Part shown: positions 30,221 through 40,543 of the stretch, piece by piece | Position numbering within the stretch: position 1 is the stretch's first letter | How the letters are laid out: every line of letters starts with the position of its first letter | Source of the DNA: Candidatus Moanibacter sp. | Lineage (GTDB): Bacteria > Verrucomicrobiota > Verrucomicrobiia > Opitutales > UBA2987 | Direction: 5' to 3' | Length of the DNA: 64,000 nucleotides | Assembly (NCBI GenBank): GCA_965215885.1 | Contig: CBDCEW010000038.1 | Span: 1 to 64,000 of the forward strand | Notes under the pieces: generated by a model | The model's database searches: none | Told to the model about the DNA's origin: nothing | Seen by the model: the letters and a program-made list of their open reading frames with translations, nothing else | Made by a program: the position numbers and the translations under genes

Positions 30221-31327
30221 TCAGTAGGAATATCCCTGCTTTCCGTACTTCCAGTTCACCAGCGTGAACGCGAAAATTACGGTGAAAAGAACCCAGGCTA
30301 CCGCGGAACCGTATCCTAAATCTAGCCGCTCGAAACCCTGCTGGTAAATGTAATAGACCAGCGTGGTTGTGGTACCCGCGGGCCCGCCTTCCGTCATTAG
30401 CCGAACCTGTTCAAAACCTCCCTGGAGCCCACCGATGACGCCCATGACGAGGATAAAGAAAGTTACCGGAGCGAGTTGGGGAATGGTAACATAGCGCAAT
30501 TTCTGCCACCAGCCGGCGCCATCGATTTCGGCTGCTTCGTAAAGTTCCCTGGGTATGTTTGCGATTCCGGCGAGATAGAGAAGCATCTGATTGCCTCCGA
30601 ACCCGGCCCATAGTCCCATTAACATTATGGCTTCTCGAGCTCCCAACCCGAAGCCGCCGCTGTTGAAGTGGGGGGGAAAGGGCAGGAGGCCCAGTATGCT
30701 TTGAGTGCTTGACAACCAGCCCGGAGAATTAACTGTCCATCCTCCGAAATCGGCTGTCCGTTCAATGACTTGGTTGATAATTCCGAAGTTGGGATTATAG
30801 AGTTGCGACCACATCACCATCGTTGCTGCTCCCGCCGTGAAATGAGGCAAGTAGAAAACAGTGCGGTAGCAGATGGAACCGAACCGAAACCCAAGCGCGC
30901 CGACCAAACCGAGTGCCCCCAGGAAATAACCGAGATTGGGCCGCCCGCCTAACACCATCAATCCCGATACAAATATCGTGATAACAAGTGATGCCGCCGC
31001 CAATCTTCTGTTTCCACCGAACCCTCGAAGATTGAATTTGTCGCTCAGGAAGACAGCCAAAAGAAGCGATCCAATAATAGAAACGGGAAGCGTGAGCATA
31101 AAGTAGAAGGTATTGTAAAAGTAGAAGAAGAAATGCTTGTCACTGAACAACCTCAGGTAGTTATCGAAACCAATTATCTCAAAAGGGACCGCCGGCGATA
31201 GACTCCAGGTCGTAAAGCTTCCCAGAAAGCTGATGATGATGGGAACAAAGGTGAATGCCAGGAACCCGAGGAAATTGGGCAGCAGAAAAGCAATGGCTAT
31301 GCTCAGATTGCGGGTTCGGACGGTCAT
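30221..31327 (-). CDS. Carbohydrate ABC transporter permease (MalF-like)
   Basis: LYEAAEIDGAG, GFDNY, GGPAGTTTT, GYGSA; start overlaps the upstream stop. Confidence 0.92.
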   Translation of the reverse strand: MTVRTRNLSIAIAFLLPNFLGFLAFTFVPIIISFLGSFTTWSLSPAVPFEIIGFDNYLRLFSDKHFFFYFYNTFYFMLTLPVSIIGSLLLAVFLSDKFNLRGFGGNRRLAAASLVITIFVSGLMVLGGRPNLGYFLGALGLVGALGFRFGSICYRTVFYLPHFTAGAATMVMWSQLYNPNFGIINQVIERTADFGGWTVNSPGWLSSTQSILGLLPFPPHFNSGGFGLGAREAIMLMGLWAGFGGNQMLLYLAGIANIPRELYEAAEIDGAGWWQKLRYVTIPQLAPVTFFILVMGVIGGLQGGFEQVRLMTEGGPAGTTTTLVYYIYQQGFERLDLGYGSAVAWVLFTVIFAFTLVNWKYGKQGYSY

Positions 31328-32748
31328 AACGTCCCGCCTTTGTTCAGAGTTTCGTAACGTTGCCGCAAAGCCGGGTCGCGTCGAATGTTCAACTGGATGA
31401 GTTCCTCGCATTCGCGCTGAGCGATATCAAGGGCTTCACGAACATCCAAAGTGGGATCAAGCTCCAGTCGCGCCAATTGGGACTGAATTGCGCCGCCGAC
31501 TTCCGAATCCAGCAGAAAAGGACTTTTTCGCGATTGGTGCCTATACTTCATCGCCCGCAGGTTCGCTGCATATACTTCCTGCTCCGATAATTCAGGTTCT
31601 CCCTCCTCCACACCGACCATCGCGTAGGCTGGATTGGGAGGGATAAAGTCCAGAGTCTGGTTAACGACGCGGCTGTAATCCTCGCTGGTGAGAAACCGCA
31701 AGAATTTCAGCGCCAGGTCTTTACGTGGACTCAATCTATTCACGACAAGTGACCTTGCCCGCAGATAGTAGGCGGGTACGTGGTCGCTGAACCGGGGCAA
31801 TAGACACGCCCCCACTCGCAGGACTTCCGGTCTATCCTCTTCCTTTCGATTGGGATCATTCTGCCATCGGCTCAGTCGCTCTCTCTGATTTTTGACCACA
31901 ATGCGGAAGTATCCCAGTGTGTCCCTCGGTCGAACCAGCATGGCGAACTTTCCATCCGCAAAAATCGACCTGTATGCCCCTCCCGCCTGGCTTTCCGTGA
32001 CGAAGAAATCGAGTCTGCTCACTGGAAGCGTTACCCTGTGTTTGAACACCATATCCAAATGAGTCTGAACCGCCTTGATCATCTTTTCCCCGTTCACCAG
32101 CGGTCGAGTGCCGTCCTCCGAAAAGAACTCCCCTTTAAGGCTATAGAAAAATGTGCGCCAACTTGCAGTATCTATATAGCCATAGATTGAATCTTCAGGG
32201 CTATCCGTACTGCGGGTTACTCGTTTGGCTGTATCAATAAATTCATCCCAGGTCATGGCATCTTGAGGATAGGGCACGCCAAACCGATCGAATATGTTCT
32301 TATTGTAGAAAAGAACATTGATCTGCAGAGAGAGAGGAAAGCCGTACTGAATGCCGTCGACCACGCATTCCTCCTCAATTCCCGGCCAGACATTCTGGCT
32401 TAAATCGAAGCCGAATTTCTCTGTGTAATAGCTGAGATCCAAGCAAACGCCACTCGCCGCGACCATTTGCAATATTGCCCCAGTGTTGACCTCGAAGATG
32501 TCGGTTCCCACACCGCTGCTGGCCTGAAGGACGATGCGACGGAAATCGAAATTGGCGTGGTCGTGAACCACCACAAAGTCGTGGTTCTTCTGGTTGATGA
32601 TCTTGATCTGTTCGAGGCGCGGATAATTGTTTCCCGCCGTCCAGATCAGCGGTTCCTTGCCACCGTAGTCCTCAACCGGAATCGTCAACTGGAGGTAAGC
32701 AGCGAAGGCGACCAGAAGGATCAGAATGGTGGACCAGAATCTTGCCAT
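31324..32748 (-). CDS. Carbohydrate ABC transporter solute-binding protein
   Basis: N-terminal TM; YGFP, LFYNKNIFDRFGVPYP, TWDEF, FADGKFAM, ALKFLRFLTS. Confidence 0.88.
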   Translation of the reverse strand: MARFWSTILILLVAFAAYLQLTIPVEDYGGKEPLIWTAGNNYPRLEQIKIINQKNHDFVVVHDHANFDFRRIVLQASSGVGTDIFEVNTGAILQMVAASGVCLDLSYYTEKFGFDLSQNVWPGIEEECVVDGIQYGFPLSLQINVLFYNKNIFDRFGVPYPQDAMTWDEFIDTAKRVTRSTDSPEDSIYGYIDTASWRTFFYSLKGEFFSEDGTRPLVNGEKMIKAVQTHLDMVFKHRVTLPVSRLDFFVTESQAGGAYRSIFADGKFAMLVRPRDTLGYFRIVVKNQRERLSRWQNDPNRKEEDRPEVLRVGACLLPRFSDHVPAYYLRARSLVVNRLSPRKDLALKFLRFLTSEDYSRVVNQTLDFIPPNPAYAMVGVEEGEPELSEQEVYAANLRAMKYRHQSRKSPFLLDSEVGGAIQSQLARLELDPTLDVREALDIAQRECEELIQLNIRRDPALRQRYETLNKGGTL

Positions 32749-32925
32749 CAGAAGTCAGTCGGTCATGCATAGATAGTTACCGAGAAAGTGGTCGGTGACG
32801 CCATGATGTCAGCTTAGCGTCTTTTTGAAGAAATCAATCTGTCGCTTGCTTGATCGCCCAAACTCCAACTTCTTCACTTTCATTAACTTCCTCTCAAATG
32901 CCCGGCATCTAAGCCCGACAGTTTG

Positions 32926-34179
32926 CTAGGGTTCAGTGAACGTGCCGGGTTCGGCTGGCGCTCGTCGGTGGTAATCACGCATCGCATAGAACCAGGAGAG
33001 TGGGAGCACGGCCATGTACTGTTGGTCCCGCGGGACGCCGTCGACCAGGGCTCCCGCCCAATAGCCGAGATAGACTCTTTCTTCGTCGATCAGAATCGAG
33101 GGATAGCAGACCTTGACTTGAAGACCGGTTTCAGAGGGTGGGTCAGGAGGCGCGATGGACTCGATGTCGCGAACGTATTTCCAAGTCAGGCCATCGTCCT
33201 CGCTGATGGCGCTCGAGAGCGTGAGCCGGTGGCCGTTCATGGTGTGGCGGTTATCGACGCAGCAGCGGTTCCAGATAAGAAGGAGGTCGTCGCTGCCGGG
33301 CACAGTTACGACGTTGGCCGGGGTCGCCGCGGAGGGCAGTGCGGAACGCTTTGGCCGGGCCCAGGTTTCCCCTTGGTCATTGGATTCGCACGTATACAAC
33401 CAGCCGGCAGAGGTGCGTCCGATCATAAACAGAGAACCGTTTGCCCGTTCCGCAACCGCTACCTCGTGGAAGTTGGATTTTAGGTGTCCGCGGTAACCGG
33501 GTATGAGGTCGGTCACTTCGAGAAACTGCTCGCCAAGTTGCCAGGTAAGCCCGTTGTCGTCCGATCTGGCAACTTTCGTCAGGCTGATATCGGGATGCTT
33601 GTCGGGGTGGGTATGAAGAGGTTGGATGAGGCGCCCTGAAGAGAGAACGAGGAGCCGGTCGTGGGCGCTGGTCCAATAGCCACCGGTGGGCGAGATGACA
33701 ATCTCATCAGACCAGGTTTTGCCTTCGTCTGTGGAATATCGAAAGATCTTGTTTGCGGTCCTGACTGAACTGAGCCAATCGGAACGGTTCATCTCCTCTA
33801 CCGAAACCGTATCGATGCGCTGGTAAGTCGCGCCGAGTTGACCGTTCGGTAGGCGGCGGATCGCCGGGTGGGAGGCGTTCATCCCGGTGTTGCTTTCGAA
33901 GAGAGTCTCTGGCGCGCTCCAGCTGCGTCCACCGTCCTTGGATTCCACCTTGGCGATAACGGTGGGTACGTAGTGGGCGTGGAAGCGCTTCATATCCGGG
34001 ATGCGGGAGCGTTGGTTAAACGCATGCCAAAGGGTAGCGTCTTTGAGTTTTACGGTAGTGCCTTCGGACTGGAACGGATGCTCGTCGTCTGCGGGACCAA
34101 CGGCGATGCCCCGGAGGCCGCCAAGCACCCAGGCGACCGAATCAAACTCGTAAGGGATTGGTTCTTGCGAGGTATTCAT
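32926..34179 (-). CDS. BNR/Asp-box sialidase-fold protein
   Basis: SKDGGRSW, STDEGKTW, SDDNGLTW, SNDQGETW, SEDDGLTW; CYPS. Confidence 0.85.
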   Translation of the reverse strand: MNTSQEPIPYEFDSVAWVLGGLRGIAVGPADDEHPFQSEGTTVKLKDATLWHAFNQRSRIPDMKRFHAHYVPTVIAKVESKDGGRSWSAPETLFESNTGMNASHPAIRRLPNGQLGATYQRIDTVSVEEMNRSDWLSSVRTANKIFRYSTDEGKTWSDEIVISPTGGYWTSAHDRLLVLSSGRLIQPLHTHPDKHPDISLTKVARSDDNGLTWQLGEQFLEVTDLIPGYRGHLKSNFHEVAVAERANGSLFMIGRTSAGWLYTCESNDQGETWARPKRSALPSAATPANVVTVPGSDDLLLIWNRCCVDNRHTMNGHRLTLSSAISEDDGLTWKYVRDIESIAPPDPPSETGLQVKVCYPSILIDEERVYLGYWAGALVDGVPRDQQYMAVLPLSWFYAMRDYHRRAPAEPGTFTEP

Positions 34180-34560
34180 CCTTATTGAAATCAATTGATA
34201 AGAAATCGCTTTTCGGGCGATACGGACGCGCACCCGTTGAGACCGGTCTGAAGAAGTGCTTTCATCATTCAGCGTATGCCGGAACGACAGCGGAAACGCA
34301 AGAACGATGTCGAAGGCCCCTCTGGGGAGTCCGGGGCATGCCCTGGAATTCCCAGAGGGAGCGCGGTTTGCCCGCGTAGAGGCTAAGGCATCACTTCTCC
34401 TTCTTCGCCCAGCGGGCCTTCATCCGTTTCATCTCGCTGTTGGGCTCGATCCTTGGTGCGGGACACTGATTTCGTCGGGTGTCGAGCTAATGCCCCTGGT
34501 GCTATCTCTTCGTTGGATTTCGTTTAGACCTGCAGTATTATCGGGGTGGAAGTGGGTGCC

Positions 34561-35397
34561 TCAAGGCGCTACGGCTTCGGCGCCGAAGTGTTCCTCGATC
34601 CAGGCTTTGAGGGGAACATCCTCATCGGAGGGACTGGTATATCCGAAACCGCCCCTGCTGCTGGCGCCGAGCAATTGCCGGCGGATGGGGTCGCAGTGGT
34701 CCATGAGATGAGCGACGGTCATGAGGCCCCGGGGGCGGAGCCACCGGTAGCTGTAACCGTAAAAGAGCACTTTCCGCGTGCGCTTCGAGTGATTTGGGGT
34801 TCCCTTGTGCCAGAGGCGCCGATCGAAGAAAACGGCGGTCCCCGGCGGGACACGTATTTCGATGGAATCGCTGGGTTCGGAGTCGGAACCCGCGGGAGTG
34901 GGCAGCGTATTCCACAGGTGGCTTCCCGGAATGACGGTAAGATTACCGCAACCGGGTTCGGTGGTATCTGTGAGAAAGTAAGCACCCTTGAGGGAGACGC
35001 GGGGCCGCGGATCGCCCTCGAGTTCTTGATTGAGGCGGCCGGTATCCTGGTGCCAGCGGGCACTTATTCTCTCTGACCGGGTATCTTTGTCGCTAGGCGG
35101 TGTGATGATGAGATGGATATGGTATAACTGGATATTCCAGCCGAGGATACTCCATACCTTGGGGAACGTCTTCGGCCAGTCGAGGAGCTCGAGAAAGCAA
35201 TCGTTTTTCCCGATAAAATCGAAGTCACCGACGTAGTCGTTTTCTCCTAATTCGTGCGCCGAACGGTACTCTCTGCCGATGATATCGACCGCCTTCGTCA
35301 GGGCTGCCACCCGTTCATCGGAGAGAGCGTCTTCGACAATGAGGTAACCGTCCGTTTCAAAGTGATTGCGTTCCTCTTCCGTGAGGCGGTATTTCAT
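34561..35397 (-). CDS. Phytanoyl-CoA dioxygenase (PhyH/EctD-like) family protein
   Basis: LTEEERNHFETDGY, WHQD, VIPGSH, FDRRLWH, N.S..TRK. Confidence 0.9.
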   Translation of the reverse strand: MKYRLTEEERNHFETDGYLIVEDALSDERVAALTKAVDIIGREYRSAHELGENDYVGDFDFIGKNDCFLELLDWPKTFPKVWSILGWNIQLYHIHLIITPPSDKDTRSERISARWHQDTGRLNQELEGDPRPRVSLKGAYFLTDTTEPGCGNLTVIPGSHLWNTLPTPAGSDSEPSDSIEIRVPPGTAVFFDRRLWHKGTPNHSKRTRKVLFYGYSYRWLRPRGLMTVAHLMDHCDPIRRQLLGASSRGGFGYTSPSDEDVPLKAWIEEHFGAEAVAP

Positions 35398-35405
35398 GCA
35401 ACTAA

Positions 35406-35678
35406 GTACTCGAACTCGTAAATACGGTGACGTATGCCGAGGCGATTTTGGATGCTGGGGGAGGCGGTCGAGTCGTGCCAGGCCCGGAGGCCTTGCGCGA
35501 CTCGACCAACGCTGCCCAGCGCCAAAAACGCCCGGTCCCAAAGCGATGGGGCGGCATTGGGGGTATTGCGGCGTTGCGCCGACGAGGAGAGCCCTTCAGG
35601 GCTGTCCATCGCCGGCGCGCCTTGCTATACCCCCAATGGCGCTCCCACATACGTGACCGTATTTACGAGTTCGAGTAC
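35406..35678. mobile_element. MITE-D, 273-bp element with 31-bp terminal inverted repeats
   Basis: gtactcgaactcgtaaatacggtgacgtatg / catacgtgaccgtatttacgagttcgagtac (1 mismatch); TAA on both sides. Confidence 0.8.
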
Positions 35679-35762
35679 TAAGGTTCAATGAGGCAAACCG
35701 GTTCGAGAGGCGCCGTCAACGCGTTTTCGATGACCAATTGTGGGTGTCCTGAAATTCCCATT

Positions 35763-36113
35763 TCACTCCTTAAAAACCCAGTAGATATCGACTTCAAATG
35801 CCGGTTTTTCGTCTTCGGGCCCCCCACTCACCTCTCCCACCAGGCGCAGCCAGTTGCCGAACTTCTCCAGGCACAGGTGGTAACCGCCCGGCTGCGCAAT
35901 CGTTTCGAATTCCCGTCCCAAGTCCATCCACCGGGCTCCATCAACTGAAATCTGAGCTTTGACCCGAAGCTCTGGAGAGGGCCCGTGAACCGAATGCACA
36001 TAGATCATGGCAAGCGTTTCTGAAGCCCACCCGGCTTCGTGCGGTTCCGTTTCGAAGGTGCCGTTGGACTTGAGCGAAAACAACTCCACCGGCGCGGTAT
36101 GTATGCGTCTCAT
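35763..36113 (-). CDS. Conserved hypothetical small beta-rich protein
   Basis: Plausible ORF (TEPHEAGWA, QISVDG..W, FGNWLRL) co-oriented with the DUF6772-like remnant. Confidence 0.65.
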   Translation of the reverse strand: MRRIHTAPVELFSLKSNGTFETEPHEAGWASETLAMIYVHSVHGPSPELRVKAQISVDGARWMDLGREFETIAQPGGYHLCLEKFGNWLRLVGEVSGGPEDEKPAFEVDIYWVFKE

Positions 36114-36191
36114 TTATCTGACTCTCCCATCATACCAGTTCGTTCACTACCGAGCGAATGTGAGATATTTCAATTCCAGAAACGATGTGGG

Positions 36192-36509
36192 TTAACTGAC
36201 CTTAGTCGCGGACACGACGACCGAATCCAGGTAGAGAAAACACCTCCGGTCCGATTCCGCCGTTATTCGGAAACTGGGGAAAATCAACCCGGAACACCTG
36301 TCCGTGCTGGCCCGCCACTCCCATCCATGTTCTTTGATGACCGGGTCCTCCGGATCCCAGATCTTGATCTTCTGTCCGGCTACGTTGAATTCCTGCCCAT
36401 AGCAGTAGGTCTGCCAGCCTTGCATGCCATTTTCAAAATCGTGGGCCAACAGAATTCGTTCGAGCGGATCGTATTTTCCTAAGAGCGGATCTTTCGTGTG
36501 GAAGTCCAT
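36192..36509 (-). pseudogene. Internally deleted paralog of 38067-38981 (DUF6772-like)
   Basis: N-terminus YDPLERIL..DF..G..GW and C-terminus CYG.EF.VAG...STD.C...RCFLYLDSV align to the two ends of the 304-aa paralog. Confidence 0.75.
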
Positions 36510-36571
36510 TGCTTGTCCTATAGGCTGATCGGTCTTCCCCTATGTTGCCAAGGTTATTATCAAGTTCAAGA

Positions 36572-37890
36572 CACTACTGTCCGGTTGTTTTTCTAGGAAC
36601 GCAGGTTAATCGATTGATAACCAACATTTTACATATGATTTCTGCTGTTTTCGACTTGAAATTGCAAAAAGCCTTGTGGACTCTCAAAAATTTCGAGGGT
36701 CCAAATCATGTATACAGGTCGATTCGTTTTTTCTCAAATCATAGATTATCTTCCGCGCCATCAGTTCCATCGTTGCGTCCAACGCTACGGAGGCGACTAC
36801 AAAGTTCAAAAGTTCAGTTGCTTCGAACAATTTCTCTGCATGGGTTTTGCCGAGTTGACCTACCGGGAGAGTCTGCGCGACATCGAAACCTGCCTGCGGG
36901 CAGTACAACCAAAACTATACCACGCAGGGCTTCGAAGCGGAGTATCCAAAAGCACGCTCGCCGATGCCAACGAGAAACGAGACTGGCGCATCTACGCCGA
37001 CTTTGCACAGGTCCTCATCGCAATGGCTCGTCCTTTGTATTCAAACGAGGATCTGGGCATCGACCTGGACAATACGCTCTACGCTCTGGACTCCACCACG
37101 ATCGATCTATGTCTATCACTCTTCCCGTGGGCACGTTTCCGCAAGCACAAGGGGGCGGTGAAGGTCCATACGCTTCTCGATCTCAGAGGCTCTATCCCTT
37201 ATTTTATCGAGATTACCGATGGAAAAGTTCACGACGTAAACATTCTGGATCTCATCATCCCCGAGGCCGGTGCTTACTATGTAATGGACCGAGCCTATCT
37301 GCATTACGAGCGCCTCTATCGGATCGCACAATGCGGTTCTTTCTTCGTCACACGCGCCCGCCGCGGCTTTCAGTTTCGCCGCCTCTACTCTCAAAAGGTC
37401 GACAAATCAACCGGTCTGCGTTCGGACCAGACCGTTGCCCTGGTCAGCTTCTATCCTGCCAAGGCCTACCCCGAAAGACTCCGGCGTATCACTTACCTCG
37501 ACCCCGACAGTTCCGAGCGCTTCGTGTTTCTCACCAACCAGTTTGCCCTCCCAGCCATAATCATCACCCAGATTTACCGTTTACGCTGGCAGATCGAATT
37601 GTTCTTCAAATGGATCAAACAGCACTTGCGCAGCAAGAGCTTTTTCGGCACCTCCGAGAATGCTGTGAAGACTCAAATCTGGATTGCCGTCAGCGTCTAT
37701 GTGCTCATCGCCATCATCCGCAAACGCCTTCGCCTGGAGATCAGTTTGCACAAAATCCTACAGATTCTCAGCTTCACCCTATTTGAGAAAACTCCTATGA
37801 CTGAACTACTTACAGAAACCGATTACACTTTCAATGAACACCGCATTCCTAAACAGTTGGAGTTGTTTGACTTATAACCGGACAGTACTG
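36572..37890 (+). mobile_element. IS4-family element (DUF4372-type), copy 2
   Basis: TIR cactactgtccggtt / aaccggacagtactg; 9-bp TSD agttcaaga / agttaaaga. Confidence 0.93.
36708..37877 (+). CDS. IS4-family transposase
   Basis: ESLRDIE, LDSTTIDL, MDRAY, YRLRWQIELFFKWIKQHL. Confidence 0.95.
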   Translation: MYTGRFVFSQIIDYLPRHQFHRCVQRYGGDYKVQKFSCFEQFLCMGFAELTYRESLRDIETCLRAVQPKLYHAGLRSGVSKSTLADANEKRDWRIYADFAQVLIAMARPLYSNEDLGIDLDNTLYALDSTTIDLCLSLFPWARFRKHKGAVKVHTLLDLRGSIPYFIEITDGKVHDVNILDLIIPEAGAYYVMDRAYLHYERLYRIAQCGSFFVTRARRGFQFRRLYSQKVDKSTGLRSDQTVALVSFYPAKAYPERLRRITYLDPDSSERFVFLTNQFALPAIIITQIYRLRWQIELFFKWIKQHLRSKSFFGTSENAVKTQIWIAVSVYVLIAIIRKRLRLEISLHKILQILSFTLFEKTPMTELLTETDYTFNEHRIPKQLELFDL

Positions 37891-38066
37891 AGTTAAAGAA
37901 GGTAAAGAAAGGTAATCGACAACACTCTTTCTTGCCTCGGTATCGCTCCCCGTGGGCGGAGCGAAGAGACCGGCCTGCTCTCGTCTCAATTTTTGTCGTG
38001 CCTGGTACCATAAAATGATGCATATTCGGAATCAACGAACCTGCAGATAGGAAGATTCCGAATACA

Positions 38067-38981
38067 GTGACACCACCGATCAACGACCACCGGCTCGGGC
38101 GCTACCAGCCGCTGGAGCACGTCCTGACCTACGATGACTTCGACGAGGGCTTCCACGGATGGCATGCCTACTTCGCCGATTATGATGGGTGGGTCGATTA
38201 CCCCGGCCGTTATCCACCTGTGAGTCCGGTTACCGAAATGGTAGCCAGGGAGCGATCGGGAGACGATGTTCGGTTCGACCGCAAATTCCGAATCGGCAAA
38301 CGCGGTCTGCCCATGCGCAGTTCGATGTCGTATTGGGATGGAACCTGCGGGCTCATGAGTGGAACCTACGCCTTGAAGATACCCACGCTGCCGGAGAAGT
38401 ATGATCGCACCTTTGCCCAGAAGCGCATGACCTCTCCCTGGCGGGGTAAATTCCGCGTGGAAACCTACTTCTGCCTGAAAACGGACCCCCGAGATTTCGA
38501 ACTCGGAGAGCGCGACATCCGCTCCATGATCGTCAGCTTCGATGTCATGGACCGGCCACCCGATGAGAATGTCCGTTGGTGGCCCTCAATCCGCTACCAT
38601 AACGCAGAAAACGGTGAATTCGTACGCACCTGGCAGGTGATTACAACCGGTTCTAAAGGGGTCAAAGACGGGCCTTGGACCGATCTTGCCGACGGCTATC
38701 AGGACCTCGGCTATAACCGGGCCCCCACCAAATATCAATGGCATTACCTTCGGGTGACCTTCGATCTCGCGGAACACGTTTTCGTGGACCTCAACTGTTA
38801 CGGTAAGGAATTCAAGGTGGCCGGAATCAAGAACGTGCCGGAGCCTCCCTTAGAGGGGTGGCGGGGAAGCACCGACAAGTGCCAGGGATTGGTCAACATC
38901 GGCTTCGGCGTCGAAGCCGGCGCCGACAAACGGTGCTTTCTCTACCTCGACTCGGTTCTCATCTCGGCAGCGGAGAGCTAA
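38067..38981 (+). CDS. Conserved hypothetical protein (DUF6772-like)
   Basis: DDFDEG..GW, WHYLR.TFDL, RCFLYLDSVLIS; family name is from recall and unverified. Confidence 0.65.
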   Translation: MTPPINDHRLGRYQPLEHVLTYDDFDEGFHGWHAYFADYDGWVDYPGRYPPVSPVTEMVARERSGDDVRFDRKFRIGKRGLPMRSSMSYWDGTCGLMSGTYALKIPTLPEKYDRTFAQKRMTSPWRGKFRVETYFCLKTDPRDFELGERDIRSMIVSFDVMDRPPDENVRWWPSIRYHNAENGEFVRTWQVITTGSKGVKDGPWTDLADGYQDLGYNRAPTKYQWHYLRVTFDLAEHVFVDLNCYGKEFKVAGIKNVPEPPLEGWRGSTDKCQGLVNIGFGVEAGADKRCFLYLDSVLISAAES

Positions 38982-39151
38982 CACCGCATTCGAAGGTTCA
39001 AGACGGACCACGAATGTGCCCAGCGCTGCAAAGCCGCAACCAAGGAATATGGTAGTCAAAGATTCGGAGACCCCAGAGTAAACGGATTGCACGGAATCCC
39101 ATTGAGAAATCTGGTCTAATCTGGGTAATCTGCGGTTCCTTTTCTCAGCTC

Positions 39152-40543
39152 ATGAGGCATCTCTTTCTCGATCCGGAAATGCTCGAAGTGTGTCGAGAGG
39201 CCGAGTTGAGGGTTAACGCTCCCCAGCGGAGGGAAACGATCATTAGACCCGATCGTCCCTGGGAGCAATTAATGATTACTTTCTATCTTACCGTTCGCGA
39301 TGAGGCCGGAAAGCTGAGGATGTGGTACACCTGCCGTGACAAGGAAAACCAACCCAATGTGGCCTATGCCGAATCGACTGACGGGGCTGCTTGGACCAAG
39401 CCAAATCTAGGGATCTATGAATACAACGGTTCCAGGGCGAACAACCTCGTGGGCCTTCACGACCTTGAAGGAGTCGTTTTCAAGGATCCTAACATGCCTG
39501 CCGGAGAGCGTTATCAGTACGTTTCGACCAGCAGACCATCCGGGAAGTCAACGGATCAAAAAGGGATCTACCGGTTCCATTCGCCCAATGGTTTGAGTTG
39601 GAAAAAGGACGACGTTCCGCTGATCCGCGCCGGCAGCGACACGCAGAATATCGTTTGGTGGGACGAAGGGCGGCAGGAGTATGTGATGTATCTTCGCGGT
39701 TGGGACCCTTCACGGTCACGCCGCAAGGTTCTTCGTCTTTCGCTATCGCGCTTGAAGCAGCCATTGGAGTTGACTCTTAGCGGTCAGGGCCGGGGACAAT
39801 ACTTCTACAACGAGATTCCCGCTGTATTGCAATGCGACGAACAAGATCCCGTCCGAACGGATATCTACAATATGTCGGCACAACCGTACCCAGTCGACCC
39901 TACTTGGTATGTCGCGTTTCCAACCCTTTTGCGCCGCTCGGCGGAGACGGATGTTCCCGGCTATAAGGGACGCCACATCGGGCCGGCCGAGGTAATGTTT
40001 GCCGGCAGCCCAGACAGCATCGCGTGGCATCGCTACGACCGCTCTGCTTACGCCTCACCACCGCTGGTAGACCCGGACAAGCGCAACATGGTTTTTATGG
40101 GCACCGGTATGGTAATACGCGAAAACGAAATTTGGCAGTACGCCACCGAATTTCACTCGCACCATGGTGACATTTCAGCACGTGAGAAACGGACCGATGG
40201 GTTCATCGTACGGTATGTTCAGCGGATCGACGGCTTTGTCTCGCTCGATACGGGCATCGCCAAGGGCACAGTGCGCACGAAAGCGGTTGAGGTGAGAGGG
40301 AAGCGTCTTCTGCTGAATGCAAACACCGGTGCACTGGGTGAAATTCGCGTCGGCCTGGTCGATCCGTATGGGAATCCCCTCTCCGGCTTCGGCCTCGACG
40401 ATTGCGAGCCATTTACGGGCAATACCACCAATGGGATCGTGTCATGGCGAAACGGTAAGGACTTAGAGGCGCTCGAAGGCAAGCGGATTCAGCTCCTGCT
40501 GGAATCGACACGGACCAAACTGTTCTCGTTTCGCTTCCGATGA
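39152..40543 (+). CDS. Putative five-bladed beta-propeller glycoside hydrolase-like protein
   Basis: LRMWY, AYAESTDGAAWTKPNLG, SDTQN, RIDGFVSL, C-terminal LFSFRF; same family as 48163-49530. Confidence 0.7.
   Translation: MRHLFLDPEMLEVCREAELRVNAPQRRETIIRPDRPWEQLMITFYLTVRDEAGKLRMWYTCRDKENQPNVAYAESTDGAAWTKPNLGIYEYNGSRANNLVGLHDLEGVVFKDPNMPAGERYQYVSTSRPSGKSTDQKGIYRFHSPNGLSWKKDDVPLIRAGSDTQNIVWWDEGRQEYVMYLRGWDPSRSRRKVLRLSLSRLKQPLELTLSGQGRGQYFYNEIPAVLQCDEQDPVRTDIYNMSAQPYPVDPTWYVAFPTLLRRSAETDVPGYKGRHIGPAEVMFAGSPDSIAWHRYDRSAYASPPLVDPDKRNMVFMGTGMVIRENEIWQYATEFHSHHGDISAREKRTDGFIVRYVQRIDGFVSLDTGIAKGTVRTKAVEVRGKRLLLNANTGALGEIRVGLVDPYGNPLSGFGLDDCEPFTGNTTNGIVSWRNGKDLEALEGKRIQLLLESTRTKLFSFRFR

Noticed and set aside
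36542..37786. Long alternative-frame and antisense ORFs (e.g. 36542-37786, 1876-2799, 50724-51758, 676-1434)
   Set aside because: Shadow ORFs overlapping well-supported genes in GC-rich DNA, with no recognisable motifs
20561..37890. Composite transposon bounded by the two inverted IS4 copies
   Set aside because: Copy 2 has its own TSD and the outer flanks of the pair do not match
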